Counted from the stretch's first letter, positions 27,297 through 37,813 are shown. The stretch: 64,000 nt of DNA from Desulfobia sp. (GCA_046497465.1 JAWOFO010000016.1:8711-72710); one strand, 5' to 3'. The notes: generated by a model from the sequence alone, not told the origin. Numbers and translations: made by a program.

Positions 27297-27728
27297 TAAC
27301 GTCAAGTGCCACTGCCTCACTAAAAAATTTGCATGTTATATCATACCAGATAAATCAATCCGGAAAACGGGCTGGCAATTTTTTTGTTCTGGGAAGCAGT
27401 GGCGTTTTGCAGGAGAATATCTGGATTCAGCTCATTACCCAGAATAGTGACATTACCGGGGTAAAACGTCTCAGCGGTACAATAATGGCCACTGCGACCA
27501 CTGCCATGATCAGCATGCAAGTACTGCCTGATACAATTCCCGTCAAAAAAACATATCAAGTCCATAAGGCATTTCTTCCGGACATTGATTAAAAAATTCA
27601 AAAGGGCCTGCTATACCGGCATATATCTTGCCAAAAAGACAAACAATGCATATATTATACTGAGTAAATCCAGAGAAAAATTTCGCTGCAATTGAAGAAA
27701 ACAAAATAGTCTAACAGGAGACAGACTT

Positions 27729-28574
27729 ATGATGAATATGCTTAAAACAGGAATTCTAATGGCGGCCCTGACCGCCATATTCTTAGTGGCGGGACAGGTC
27801 ATGGGAGGGCAGAGCGGTATGTTTATCGCGGTTATCCTGGCCTTGGGCATGAACTTCTTTGCCTACTGGTACAGCGACAAAATGGCCCTGGCCATGAGCA
27901 AGGCCAAAGAGGTCAGCCCCGGGGAGGCCCCGGATCTCCACAATATAGTGACTTCCCTGGCGAACCGGGCCAACCTTCCTGTTCCCAGGGTCTACATTAT
28001 AGACAATCAAACTCCGAATGCCTTTGCCACCGGCCGCAACCCGGACCACGCCGCGATAGCGGTAACTACAGGTATACTGCAAATCTTAAGCAGGGATGAA
28101 CTTGAGGGGGTACTGGCCCATGAAATGGCCCATATCAAAAACCGGGATATCCTCATCAGCTCCATAGCGGCGGTAATAGCCGGAGCCATAAGCTATATAG
28201 CCACCATGGCTCAGTGGGCCATGATTTTCGGCGGTTTCGGCGGCAATGACAAAGATGAGGGCGGCGGCAATATCCTCGGCCTCGTGGTCATGATGATTGT
28301 GGCCCCTCTGGCTGCAACCCTTATCCAACTGGCAATTTCCCGAAGCAGGGAATACCAGGCAGACAGTACCGGCTCTGCTATCTGCGGACATCCACAATCG
28401 CTTGCCGGCGCCCTGAACAAGCTTGACAAAATGAACCGCCAACAGCCCATGCAGGTTAATCCGGCCACCGCCCAAATGTATATTGTCAACCCTTTAAAAG
28501 GCGGCCAAATAGCCGGTCTATTTGCCACCCACCCTCCAATCCAGGAAAGAATCAGACGTCTGCTTGGCAGTTGA
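27729..28574 (+). CDS. htpX: Zinc metalloprotease HtpX
   Basis: It has HEMAHIKNRD (HExxH), four TM segments and the C-terminal motif ATHPPIQERI. Confidence 0.9.
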   Translation: MMNMLKTGILMAALTAIFLVAGQVMGGQSGMFIAVILALGMNFFAYWYSDKMALAMSKAKEVSPGEAPDLHNIVTSLANRANLPVPRVYIIDNQTPNAFATGRNPDHAAIAVTTGILQILSRDELEGVLAHEMAHIKNRDILISSIAAVIAGAISYIATMAQWAMIFGGFGGNDKDEGGGNILGLVVMMIVAPLAATLIQLAISRSREYQADSTGSAICGHPQSLAGALNKLDKMNRQQPMQVNPATAQMYIVNPLKGGQIAGLFATHPPIQERIRRLLGS

Positions 28575-28626
28575 TTACTTGATATAAACCCTTCAGGGTG
28601 GTCAGCGGCCCAAAAATTCGAGTTAT

Positions 28627-29571
28627 CTAGAGGCCCAGCCTGGCCAGGATCCTGGCCAGGGGACTCTCTGCCAGCCGGCTGAGTCCCGCTCTGCGGGCAG
28701 AGTCTAAAGCCTTTTCATACTCCCGGCGGGTCAATGCCCTGTTAATAGGAGAATAATTACGGGCCAAATAACAGGGGTGATACTGTTCCATCACATTAAC
28801 ATAAGTGTTTGGAGATAGATCGACAAGGAATTTCATAATCCCGGCCGTCTCATCCAAAGCCTCAGGCATAACAAGATGGCGGACCAGGAGGCCTTTCCGG
28901 GCAATACCTTGTTCACTGATCTCAAGATCTCCTACCTGCCGGTGCATTTCCCTGATAGCGGTCCGGGCTTTTTCAGGATAATCAGGGGCCCGGCAAAACC
29001 GACTGGCTGTTTCCCTATTCCAGAACTTAAAATCCGGCATGTAGATATCCACTACCCCCTCCAGAAGCCGGATACTATCCGGCTCATCATAACCGCCGGA
29101 ATTATAGACCAGAGGAAGATGCAAACCCTTTTCAATGGCCAGGGGCAAAGCAGCCAGAATCTGGGGCACCACATGGGAGGGAGTGACAAGATTAATATTA
29201 TGACACCCCTGCTGCTGAAGGCTGAGCATCATCTCTGCCAGCTGGACCTCGTCTACCTCTCTTCCTTCGCCCCGGTGGCTTATATCTTCATTCTGACAGA
29301 AGACACAACCTAAGTTGCAGTAACTAAAAAAGACAGTGCCGGACCCTTTTTTACCAACAAGAGGTTCTTCCTCCCCGAAATGGGCATGCCAGGCCGCCAC
29401 CCTGGCTCTTTCCCCGGTCCGGCAAAAACCGGCCTCACCTTCCAGACGGTTTACCCGGCAATCTCTGGGGCAGAGACGGCAACTGTTCAGGATTTCCCGG
29501 GCCTGGCCAATCTTTTTCTCCAGATCCCCGGACTGATAGCTGAAGATATATGCCGGCTTGTAACTATTCAT
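28627..29571 (-). CDS. Radical SAM protein (PflX/COG1313-like activase family)
   Basis: CNLGCVFCQN is a CxxxCxxC motif. An N-terminal Cys cluster CRLCPRDCRVNR...FC is also present. Confidence 0.8.
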   Translation of the reverse strand: MNSYKPAYIFSYQSGDLEKKIGQAREILNSCRLCPRDCRVNRLEGEAGFCRTGERARVAAWHAHFGEEEPLVGKKGSGTVFFSYCNLGCVFCQNEDISHRGEGREVDEVQLAEMMLSLQQQGCHNINLVTPSHVVPQILAALPLAIEKGLHLPLVYNSGGYDEPDSIRLLEGVVDIYMPDFKFWNRETASRFCRAPDYPEKARTAIREMHRQVGDLEISEQGIARKGLLVRHLVMPEALDETAGIMKFLVDLSPNTYVNVMEQYHPCYLARNYSPINRALTRREYEKALDSARRAGLSRLAESPLARILARLGL

Positions 29572-29583
29572 CCTGAATCAGGG

Positions 29584-30207
29584 TTATGCCTTATGAACAT
29601 TGGCCATTAAGCGGGTTATGAGTTCCATATCCTTGACCCCCGGCGCTGTCTCCAGAGTCGAATTAACATCTACGGCAAACGGCCTTACTTCATGGATTGC
29701 CCGAACGACATTATCCGTACCCAGGCCACCGGCCAGAATAACCGGCAGAGCTGTATTCAGATTATTGACCAGAGACCAGTCAAAAATTTCGCCGGTACCT
29801 CCTGCCTTGTTCTTATGAAATGTATCAAAGAGAAAAGCCGATACCCTACCTTCATACTGTTTAAGAACAGAGAAGTCAAAATCCGGCTTAATCTGAAAAG
29901 ACTTGATTATTTTCCGGGAAAGTTTTTCGCAGTATTCAGGACCTTCAGCTCCATGTAGCTGAATGGTGGTGAGACCGCAGTAGGAGGCAATATCTTCCAC
30001 AGTGCCTTCTTCCTCATTCAGAAAGACACCCACACTGTCCACAAAAGGAGGAAGATTCCGGATAATCTCCCTGGCCCTGGAAGGAGAGATGTAGCGCGGG
30101 CTACTGGCTACATATATAAAGCCAAGGGCATCAACACCCTCGGCCGCGGCGTGGAGAGCCTCTTCCCTGTTGGTCATGCCGCAAATCTTGACCCTGGTCC
30201 GTGACAT
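29584..30207 (-). CDS. trpF: Phosphoribosylanthranilate isomerase
   Basis: VKICGMT, DALGFIY and AGGL..DNV are present, and the gene lies in the trp gene context. Confidence 0.9.
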   Translation of the reverse strand: MSRTRVKICGMTNREEALHAAAEGVDALGFIYVASSPRYISPSRAREIIRNLPPFVDSVGVFLNEEEGTVEDIASYCGLTTIQLHGAEGPEYCEKLSRKIIKSFQIKPDFDFSVLKQYEGRVSAFLFDTFHKNKAGGTGEIFDWSLVNNLNTALPVILAGGLGTDNVVRAIHEVRPFAVDVNSTLETAPGVKDMELITRLMANVHKA

Positions 30208-30223
30208 TGTCCGCTCCTGCCTG

Positions 30224-31012
30224 TTATCTACCCAGCAAATCCCGGATAGCTGTGCCGATGTCGTCGGCGCGCATCAAAGTCTCACCAACCAAAACGGCAC
30301 TGATGGGATACTCCTGCAATTTTTTGATATCACCATATTTTTTTATACCAGATTCACTGATCACAACTATACCTTCCGGAACCTCCTTACTCACCCGAAT
30401 GGTAGTTTCCAGATCCACACTGAAGTCCCGAAGATTACGGTTGTTAACGCCGATCATTCTACTGTCTGCCTTGAGCGCCTTTTCCAGTTCCCACTGGTCA
30501 TGTACTTCAACCAGGCTATCCATACCCAGCTCCCGGCTCAGGGCAAGATAATCACTTAACTGACTTTCCTCCAGAATGGCACAAATAAGGAGAATGGCAT
30601 CCGCCCCGTATATACCGGCTTCCCTGATCTGGATTTCATGGATAAGGAAATCCTTGCGAAGTACCGGGAGGCTTACTTTCCGGCGTACCATGGGGATATA
30701 GTCAAGATTACCCTGAAAAAAATGTTCGTCGGTTAAAACCGACATAGTCTGGGCGCCACCAGCCTCATAAGCAAGGGCTATGGCCACCGGATCAAAACCC
30801 GGCCCAGATCCTGGCCCGGTGTCCGGCCGGATTATCCCCTTGGAAGGCGAGGCCTTTTTGACCTCGGCAATAAGAGATAATCCGGGAAAAGAGGCCAGGG
30901 CCTCCTGAAAACCCCGGGGCGGTTCAATATCTTCCGGATATTCAGGCAGTCCCCGGCGTAAAAGCCTCTCTACCTCCCCTCTCTTATATTCAACAATCTT
31001 ATCCAGAATCAT
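30224..31012 (-). CDS. trpC: Indole-3-glycerol-phosphate synthase
   Basis: IAEVKKASPSKG, LRKDF, GVNNRNL and ISESGI are present. A Gly/Pro-rich insertion of about 10 aa (PDTGPGSGPG) follows the KASPSKG motif. Confidence 0.9.
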   Translation of the reverse strand: MILDKIVEYKRGEVERLLRRGLPEYPEDIEPPRGFQEALASFPGLSLIAEVKKASPSKGIIRPDTGPGSGPGFDPVAIALAYEAGGAQTMSVLTDEHFFQGNLDYIPMVRRKVSLPVLRKDFLIHEIQIREAGIYGADAILLICAILEESQLSDYLALSRELGMDSLVEVHDQWELEKALKADSRMIGVNNRNLRDFSVDLETTIRVSKEVPEGIVVISESGIKKYGDIKKLQEYPISAVLVGETLMRADDIGTAIRDLLGR

Positions 31013-31093
31013 GTCAGGCTAGAGCTTTTAAGCGGTTTAGGTTTTAAGGCTAAAACCGATGTCCTGCAGCATTGTTTAATTCGTAATTCATAA

Positions 31094-31284
31094 TTCAACT
31101 TTCCGGATTAATTTATCTGTATGATATAACGTACAAATTTTTTAGTGAGGCAAAAGAAAAATGACGAATCAACCATTTGAGCGAGGCACGAGCGAGTTTT
31201 GAAATTTTAGTGAAGCGAGCCTTGAGAGCACTCAAACACCAAGCCGTTCCTGAATGCCTATACCAACCGTCTGAAATCATAATA
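31094..31284 (+). mobile_element. MITE-like element copy b, between trpD and trpC, antisense to the operon
   Basis: It reads TTCAACTTTCCGGATTAATTTATCTGTATGATATAACGTACAAATTTTTTAGTGAGGCA... and ends in ...GCGAGCCTTGAGAGCACTCAAACACCAAGCCGTTCCTGAATGCCTATACCAACCGTCTGAAATCATAATA. The far TIR is truncated or degenerate where trpD ends (31289). Confidence 0.75.
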
Positions 31285-31288
31285 TTTT

Positions 31289-32308
31289 TCAGGTAGGCTC
31301 ATAAGCAATCAACTCCTCCAGTTTTCTCAGGGCAGCCCCCGATCCCACAGTCTGCCGGGCCAAAATCACCCCCTCCTTGAGATCGCAGGCCTCACCTGCT
31401 GCCATCAAAGCGGCTCCGGCGTTCATAAGGGCCATATCCAGGCAGGGGCCGGGTTTACCCTCGAGAACGGAGCGTAACTGGACCGCAGATTCCTCAGCAG
31501 TCTGCCCCCCCCGGATATCCACTAAAGAAGCCCGCCTGAAACCAACGTCTTCCGGACTGACAGAGTAACAAGTAATTCCGCCCTTTTTCAAATCTGCTAT
31601 ACTGGTCTTTCCAGTAACAGTGATCTCGTCGATTCCCCCTTCGCCCCAAACCACCAGAGCCCGTTTCACTTCCAAACGGGCCAGAACGCCGGCAAGTTTC
31701 TCCAGAAGATCAAGACTGTAAACTCCAAGGATATAGACATTGGCCCCTGCCGGATTGGTCAAGGGGCCCAGGAGATTAAAAAGAGTCCTTACACCTATCT
31801 CCTTTCTAGGGCCAATAGCATATCTCATTGCGCTATGCAAAACCGGGGCAAACATAAATCCAATACCCAACCGGCGTACGCATTGGCCTATCTGCTTGGC
31901 GGTTAAGTTCAGATCAACTCCCAAAGCTTCAAGCACATCGGCACTGCCGCAATGACTGGAGATGGAACGATTGCCGTGCTTGGCCACTGGAACACCGGCT
32001 CCGGCAATAATAAAAGAAGAAGTTGTGGAAACGTTGAAAGTGCCGCTGGCATCCCCTCCTGTTCCCACAGAATCAACCAGAATCTTGCCACGGTCAGAGG
32101 CATTCACCTTGGTGGCTTTACTGCGCATCACCCGGGCTGCCCCGGTAATTTCGTCCACAGTCTCTCCCTTCATGCGCAACGCCGTGATAAAAGCAGCTAT
32201 CTGGGCCTGAGTGGCATTACCACTCATAATTTCATCCATTACGCCGACCATCTCGTCTTCCTTCAGGTCATAGTAGTCAACTACTTTGGCAATAGCTTCT
32301 TTAATCAT
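31289..32308 (-). CDS. trpD: Anthranilate phosphoribosyltransferase
   Basis: It contains VDSVGTGGD, KHGNRS and FAP..H motifs over 339 aa. Confidence 0.95.
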   Translation of the reverse strand: MIKEAIAKVVDYYDLKEDEMVGVMDEIMSGNATQAQIAAFITALRMKGETVDEITGAARVMRSKATKVNASDRGKILVDSVGTGGDASGTFNVSTTSSFIIAGAGVPVAKHGNRSISSHCGSADVLEALGVDLNLTAKQIGQCVRRLGIGFMFAPVLHSAMRYAIGPRKEIGVRTLFNLLGPLTNPAGANVYILGVYSLDLLEKLAGVLARLEVKRALVVWGEGGIDEITVTGKTSIADLKKGGITCYSVSPEDVGFRRASLVDIRGGQTAEESAVQLRSVLEGKPGPCLDMALMNAGAALMAAGEACDLKEGVILARQTVGSGAALRKLEELIAYEPT

Positions 32309-32427
32309 GAATTTTTCCCTTGGATAAAAAATAGAAAAAATCCTTGGTGGCTTCGTATGAGAAAATAAACGAATTTACCGAATTATGGACATCCGCGTAT
32401 TGTAAAAAATATCGCTGTAATGCTGGG

Positions 32428-33006
32428 TTATTGAAATGAATAATCAGAATCGACAAAATTTTTCAGTAGTTGAACACCCTCAGGGGTCATTATTGATTCC
32501 GGATGAAATTGAACCCCCTCAATCATAAGGTTCTTATGACGTATTCCCATTAATTCTCCCTGATCAGTGCGGGCCGTGACCAGGAGATCAGCCGGCAGAT
32601 CTTCCAGGCTGGTAACCAGTGAATGATAACGCATGGCCTCAAAAGGATTAGACAGGCCACGGAAAACCCCTTTACCATCGTGGTAAATCAGACTTGTTTT
32701 ACCGTGCATTATCCTGCCGGCTCGAACCGTTTTGCCGCCAAAGGCCTCGGCTATTGCCTGATGGCCAAGGCAGACTCCCAGAATAGGAACCCTGCCGGCC
32801 AGAGAGCGGATAGCCTCAATTGAGATTCCGGCTTTGACCGGATCACAGGGACCGGGTGATATAAGCAGGCCTTCAAAAGTCATCTTCCTCAGATCAGCCA
32901 CACTGAGCTCGTCGTTGCGCACCACCCAGACCTCTACCCCAAAACCTCCGATAGTCTGGACAATGTTATAAGTAAAGGAATCGTAATTATCAATAATCAG
33001 AATCAT
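32428..33006 (-). CDS. trpG: Anthranilate synthase component II (glutamine amidotransferase)
   Basis: IDNYDSFTYN, GVCLGHQ and VQFHPES form the class-I GATase triad. Confidence 0.9.
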   Translation of the reverse strand: MILIIDNYDSFTYNIVQTIGGFGVEVWVVRNDELSVADLRKMTFEGLLISPGPCDPVKAGISIEAIRSLAGRVPILGVCLGHQAIAEAFGGKTVRAGRIMHGKTSLIYHDGKGVFRGLSNPFEAMRYHSLVTSLEDLPADLLVTARTDQGELMGIRHKNLMIEGVQFHPESIMTPEGVQLLKNFVDSDYSFQ

Positions 33007-33010
33007 TCAC

Positions 33011-34495
33011 TCAGAAACCTTTTTCCGCCAGCTCCAGTGCCCTTCGCAGACCCCTTGCCTTACTCAACGTTTCCTGGTACTCCATTTCCGGATCAGAATC
33101 AGCCACAATGCCGGCACCCGCCTGTACCCAGAGACGATGACCATGCATTACAAAGGTTCTGATAGTAATGCACAGATCCATATTACCGGAAAAACCGAAA
33201 TACCCTACTGCACCGGCATAAGGCCCCCTCCTTTGAGGTTCTAGTTCCTCAATTATTTCCATGGCTCTGATTTTAGGGGCGCCAGTTACCGTACCCGCCG
33301 GGAAGCAGGCCCGGACCACATCGAACTGGTCCCTGCCCCGGTCCAGCCTGCCCCTAACCCCGGACACAATATGCATAACATGGCTGTAACGTTCGATTAC
33401 CATAAGAGTATGGGTTTCCACTGTACCGTGCTCAGCAACCCGTCCCAGGTCATTCCGTCCCAAATCCACCAGCATGAGATGCTCAGCCCTTTCCTTGGGA
33501 TCAGCCAACAGTTCATCTTCCAGCTTTCTGTCCTCGTCCGGGGTATTGCCGCGAGGCCTGGTGCCGGCAATAGGACGAACTTCTACATTTTCATCTTTCA
33601 ACCTGACCAGTATTTCCGGAGAGGATCCGATTTGAACCATATCACCCATTCTAAGGAAAAACAGATAGGGACTGGGATTGATGAGACGCAGGGCCCGATA
33701 TAACATGAGAGGAGGGATATCGGTTTGAGTGTGAAAGCGCTGAGAGAGAACAACTTGGATAATATCTCCGGCCAGGATATACTCCCTGGCCTTTTCCACC
33801 ATATCCTTAAAATAATCCTGCTCCAGACTGGAACTGAAAATGTGGTTTGCAACGACATTACTTGAACTCAGTAATTCTTCCGGGATGGTACTGTTTCTCA
33901 ACTTGCCGATTATGTAATCGATCTTATTGAGAGCCGCTTTATAGATCATCTCCGCCGGCTTGACTTCTGGATCAATCTCGGCACAACATACCACGGTGAG
34001 AGCCTGCCTGAGATTATCAAAAATCAGGACCAAGCGGGGAATTATGAAAAAACTGTCAGGCAACTCCGCCGGATCTTTATCCACAACCGGCAGATCTTCC
34101 ATGAACCTCACCATATCATAACCGAGATAACCAACAGCTCCACCGTAAAAATTCGGCATTGAAAGGCTGTTTTCAGGTAACCGGTATGATTCCAGGATTT
34201 TCTGCAGTTCGCGAAGCGGATCTCCTTCCAGCTTTTCTGTTTTTCCATCTTTACTGACAGTTATACTGGTCCCTGAACTCTTAAAAGTAAGAATAGGTTC
34301 CAGACCTATAAAAGAGTACCTCCCCCACTTCTCATCACCTTCCAGACTTTCAAAAAAAAAGGCAAAGGGTTCATTGCCCGCTATCTTGGCAAAAACAGTA
34401 AGAGGAGTGTCCAAGTCTGCAAATATCTCGCGGGATACCGGGACCATGTTGTAATTCCCGGCATAAGTTATGAAATCTTCAAGCAGCGGCTGCAT
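33011..34495 (-). CDS. trpE: Anthranilate synthase component I
   Basis: LESLEGDEKWGRYSF, SPE.LVR, GTVTGAPK and GAGIVADSDP are present. Confidence 0.95.
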   Translation of the reverse strand: MQPLLEDFITYAGNYNMVPVSREIFADLDTPLTVFAKIAGNEPFAFFFESLEGDEKWGRYSFIGLEPILTFKSSGTSITVSKDGKTEKLEGDPLRELQKILESYRLPENSLSMPNFYGGAVGYLGYDMVRFMEDLPVVDKDPAELPDSFFIIPRLVLIFDNLRQALTVVCCAEIDPEVKPAEMIYKAALNKIDYIIGKLRNSTIPEELLSSSNVVANHIFSSSLEQDYFKDMVEKAREYILAGDIIQVVLSQRFHTQTDIPPLMLYRALRLINPSPYLFFLRMGDMVQIGSSPEILVRLKDENVEVRPIAGTRPRGNTPDEDRKLEDELLADPKERAEHLMLVDLGRNDLGRVAEHGTVETHTLMVIERYSHVMHIVSGVRGRLDRGRDQFDVVRACFPAGTVTGAPKIRAMEIIEELEPQRRGPYAGAVGYFGFSGNMDLCITIRTFVMHGHRLWVQAGAGIVADSDPEMEYQETLSKARGLRRALELAEKGF

Positions 34496-34531
34496 CAGGG
34501 GAAGGGTAATAAAGCAGGAAGCTGGAAAAGT

Positions 34532-34822
34532 TCACTCGACCGGCAGAGCCTCTTGAGCCTTCCTGAACTTGTTTACGCATCTGCAAAGACGGGATACCTT
34601 CCTGGAGGCTGTTTTCTTATGGAGAGTTCCCTTGGTAACGGCCTTTTGTATAACAGGTACTGCCTGCTGCAGGGCTTTGTCAGCATCCTCAACAGACTGA
34701 CTGTCCAGCGCCTCATTCACCCGGCGCACCGCCTTTTTTATTTTACTCTTATCGGCCCGATTACGCTTATTCCTGACCAGGTTCTGTCTCGATCTTTTCA
34801 GAGCTGACTTATGGTTAGCCAA
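34532..34822 (-). CDS. rpsT: 30S ribosomal protein S20
   Basis: The N-terminus is MANHKSALKRSRQNLVRNKRNR, and the protein is basic and 96 aa long. Confidence 0.9.
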   Translation of the reverse strand: MANHKSALKRSRQNLVRNKRNRADKSKIKKAVRRVNEALDSQSVEDADKALQQAVPVIQKAVTKGTLHKKTASRKVSRLCRCVNKFRKAQEALPVE

Positions 34823-35013
34823 ATCTTTCCTCCTGTCCTATCTTATCCTTAAATAACTTTATTAAAAATAGATTTTATAAATTACTTTAGAATTTATGTC
34901 AATAAGATTAATCTAGCTGCCAAAAATTTCTATACAAAATAAAGGCTTAATGTGCTATATTCCAGATTATGTGATCAATTGCTTTATCAAAACAAGCTGT
35001 ACTTAATCTTCTT

Positions 35014-35814
35014 ATGATAGAAATCCTTAATTCTCTTCGCTGGCAGGACCTTGTTGACATTATTCTGGTATCATTTATCATTTACCGGATAATTCTTCTT
35101 ATCCGCGGAACAAGGGCTGTTCAAATGCTTGCCGGCATCGGAGTACTAATCGCGACTTACTTCGGAGCCCGAATGCTGGAGTTTATGACCCTTTACTGGC
35201 TGCTCTCCACCTTCTTAAGCTCCATTGTTATAGTAATCATTATTGTTTTTCAAAGTGATATAAGGCGGGCCCTTACTCAAATGGGTCAGCATCCCTTCAG
35301 CAAAGCGGAAGAAGAGAGCAGCCGGTCCCTGAAAAAAATCGTCAAGGCATGCAAATTCCTGGCCAAACGCCAGATTGGGGCACTCATAGTAATTGAAAGA
35401 GAAACAGGTCTCCAGGATTACATAGAATCTTCCCATTACATCAATGCCAGATTGAGTATGGAACTCCTGGCCAGCCTTTTTCTGCCGGACTCTCCTCTCC
35501 ATGACGGGGCAGTCATTATCCGGCGCGACAAAATACTTACCGCCAGAAGCGTTCTGCCTCTAAGCAGAAACCCCAACCTGGCCAACAAACTTGGAACAAG
35601 GCACCGGGCAGCAGTGGGCATATCAGAAGAAACCGATGCTGTGGTTATAGTTATATCTGAAGAAAGACAGGAGATCTCTCTGGTGACACATGGCAAAATA
35701 AGCCGCGACCTTGACATATCTACCCTGAAAACCAGACTCGAAGCCCTGATTACTTCCGGGGATTTGGAAACTAATAGATGGATAAACTGGCTGCACCCCA
35801 AATCAAACTATTAA
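35014..35814 (+). CDS. cdaA: Diadenylate cyclase CdaA (membrane-anchored DAC domain)
   Basis: Three N-terminal TM segments are followed by GALIVIE, DGAVII and GTRHRAA motifs. Confidence 0.9.
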   Translation: MIEILNSLRWQDLVDIILVSFIIYRIILLIRGTRAVQMLAGIGVLIATYFGARMLEFMTLYWLLSTFLSSIVIVIIIVFQSDIRRALTQMGQHPFSKAEEESSRSLKKIVKACKFLAKRQIGALIVIERETGLQDYIESSHYINARLSMELLASLFLPDSPLHDGAVIIRRDKILTARSVLPLSRNPNLANKLGTRHRAAVGISEETDAVVIVISEERQEISLVTHGKISRDLDISTLKTRLEALITSGDLETNRWINWLHPKSNY

Positions 35815-36467
35815 AATTTAAAGATTGGCATAATAACTGGGGCCTTAAATTGATCTCCTTTCTATTTGCCCTGGTCCTATGGTATTTTGTGGTAGGAGTA
35901 GATAAGGTGGACAGGACTATAGGCATGCCGGTAGAAATTATCAATCTGCCGGAAAACCTAATCATAACTAATCAATTTAAAAAAGAAATTGAAATCAGGG
36001 TAAAGGGACCTCTGGGTTTGATACGCAAGATGGAGAAAGACAATATCAGGCGCACAATCGACCTCTCTGACGCATCACCCGGATCCCGGATAATTAAAAA
36101 CACTAACGAAAATCTACCTATCCCTGACGGCATCCGGCTGCTCAATATAAGCCCCCGTAATATCATTCTCAGAATAGACAAACTGATCGACAAAAAAATC
36201 CCTCTAAATGTTAAAACAAGCGGTCAAGTTGCAACCGGTTATGAAGTTACCAGGGTCAGTGTCAGCCCCAGAACTATTCACGTTACCGGACCCCAGGCAA
36301 TTATGGAAAATCTGGACTCATTTGCCACCAAACCCGTAAATCTCGATCAAAGGTCCTCTTCTTTCCAGGTCAGCACCCTGCTGGATATCCCGCAACCTGT
36401 AACCGAACTGATCGGGGAACCTGTGGTGGACGTCCGTATCACCATAGATAAACGAGGTAATAGATGA
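35778..36467 (+). CDS. cdaR: YbbR-domain protein (CdaR-like regulator of CdaA)
   Basis: It overlaps cdaA by 37 nt and has a TM anchor followed by YbbR-type repeats (V.V.V.G....GY). It occupies the conserved position between cdaA and glmM. Confidence 0.75.
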   Translation: MDKLAAPQIKLLKFKDWHNNWGLKLISFLFALVLWYFVVGVDKVDRTIGMPVEIINLPENLIITNQFKKEIEIRVKGPLGLIRKMEKDNIRRTIDLSDASPGSRIIKNTNENLPIPDGIRLLNISPRNIILRIDKLIDKKIPLNVKTSGQVATGYEVTRVSVSPRTIHVTGPQAIMENLDSFATKPVNLDQRSSSFQVSTLLDIPQPVTELIGEPVVDVRITIDKRGNR

Positions 36468-37813
36468 AAAAATTATTCGGTACTGATGGAGTCAGGGGAG
36501 TGGCAAACACCTATCCCATGACCACTGAAATAGCTATGCAGATCGGCCGGGGTCTGGCTTTTCTGGTTAAAGACAGAAAACATGGCCGGCAACGTATAGT
36601 AATAGGCAAAGATACCCGTCTTTCCTGCTATATGCTGGAAAATGCCCTGGCGGCCGGGATATGCTCCATGGGTGTTGATGTCCTGATTTCAGGGCCGCTG
36701 CCCACTCCCGGGCTGGCCTTTATTACCACCAGCATGCGGGCTGATTCCGGGGTGATGATTTCCGCCTCCCATAATCCGTTTCAGGATAACGGGATCAAAA
36801 TCTTTTCCAAAGACGGTTTCAAACTTCCCGATCAACAGGAGGCAGACATCGAAGAACTCATATTTTCTCAAAAAATGGCAGCCCTCCGCCCTGTGGCTGA
36901 TGAAGTGGGAAAAGCATACCGGATAGAGGATTCCCGGGGACGCTATATCGTCTTTCTGAAAAATACCTTTCCTCAGAAATATACCTTGGATGGCTTTCAT
37001 ATAGTGCTTGACTGTGCCCACGGAGCTACTTACAGGGTAGCTCCCCATGTTTTTGAGGAACTGGGAGCCAAAATCACCACAATCGGCGATGAACCGAATG
37101 GCAAAAATATCAATCATGAATGCGGAGCCCTGCATCCCGAATATATGGCTGACATGGTCAAAGAAAAAAAAGCTGATATCGGTATCGCCCTTGATGGTGA
37201 CGGTGACAGGATAATAGTGGCGGATGAAAAAGGGGAAATTCTGGATGGTGACCAAATTATGGCCATATGCGCTCAGGACCTTATGCGCCGCAGGAAACTC
37301 AGGAAGAAAACACTAACAACAACGGTAATGAGCAATATCGGCCTGGAAAAAACCATGGCCGAAATCGGTGCTAAAATGGTCAGAACCCGGGTGGGTGACC
37401 GTTATGTTGTGGAAGAGATGCGAAAAAACAAATACTCTTTTGGCGGTGAGCAGTCCGGCCATCTCATTTTTCTTGAACATAACACTACAGGAGACGGTAT
37501 CCAGGCGGCCTTACAACTCCTCTCAGTCATGATTAAACGTGATTCCCCCTTGTCTGAACTGAAAAAAATCATGAAGCCATTCCCCCAGGTACTGGTTAAT
37601 GTCAAGACTTCAAAAAAAATAGATACTGACATGATCCCCGGCTTTAAGGAAAAAGTACGGTCTATGGAGGAAAAACTGGGGAATGAAGGACGAGTTCTGG
37701 TTCGCATGTCCGGAACAGAAGCGGTGGTCAGGATAATGATTGAGGGGCCGGATTACAGTCTTATACAAACTATGGCCCAGGAACTATCACATCTTATCAC
37801 CAGGGCAAATTAG
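36464..37813 (+). CDS. glmM: Phosphoglucosamine mutase
   Basis: FGTDGVRG, the active-site SASHNP and GGEQSGH are present. The start overlaps the upstream gene by ATGA. Confidence 0.95.
   Translation: MKKLFGTDGVRGVANTYPMTTEIAMQIGRGLAFLVKDRKHGRQRIVIGKDTRLSCYMLENALAAGICSMGVDVLISGPLPTPGLAFITTSMRADSGVMISASHNPFQDNGIKIFSKDGFKLPDQQEADIEELIFSQKMAALRPVADEVGKAYRIEDSRGRYIVFLKNTFPQKYTLDGFHIVLDCAHGATYRVAPHVFEELGAKITTIGDEPNGKNINHECGALHPEYMADMVKEKKADIGIALDGDGDRIIVADEKGEILDGDQIMAICAQDLMRRRKLRKKTLTTTVMSNIGLEKTMAEIGAKMVRTRVGDRYVVEEMRKNKYSFGGEQSGHLIFLEHNTTGDGIQAALQLLSVMIKRDSPLSELKKIMKPFPQVLVNVKTSKKIDTDMIPGFKEKVRSMEEKLGNEGRVLVRMSGTEAVVRIMIEGPDYSLIQTMAQELSHLITRAN

Larger units (their letters stand above)
25743..27367 (-). 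mobile_element. MITE-like element copy a, interrupted by a group II intron (element parts 25743..25812 and 27297..27367)
   Basis: The minus strand reads ...TTTCCGGATTGATTTATCTGGTATGATATAACATGCAAATTTTTTAGTGAGGCAGTGGCACTTGACGTTA | intron | GATATGTTTATTCAGGAG... This is colinear with copies c, d and e. The outermost TIR bases are degenerate at both ends. Confidence 0.7.

Noticed and set aside
30790-30830. A Gly/Pro-rich ~10-aa insertion (PDTGPGSGPG) in trpC, encoded by a near-palindromic CCCGGCCCAGATCCTGGCCCGG
   Set aside because: It is in frame and lies in a surface loop after the KASPSKG motif. It is most simply a lineage-specific loop expansion, and there is no evidence of a mobile insertion.
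36689-37255. A 188-aa minus-strand ORF inside glmM
   Set aside because: It is a shadow ORF opposite a highly conserved gene and contains no recognisable motifs.
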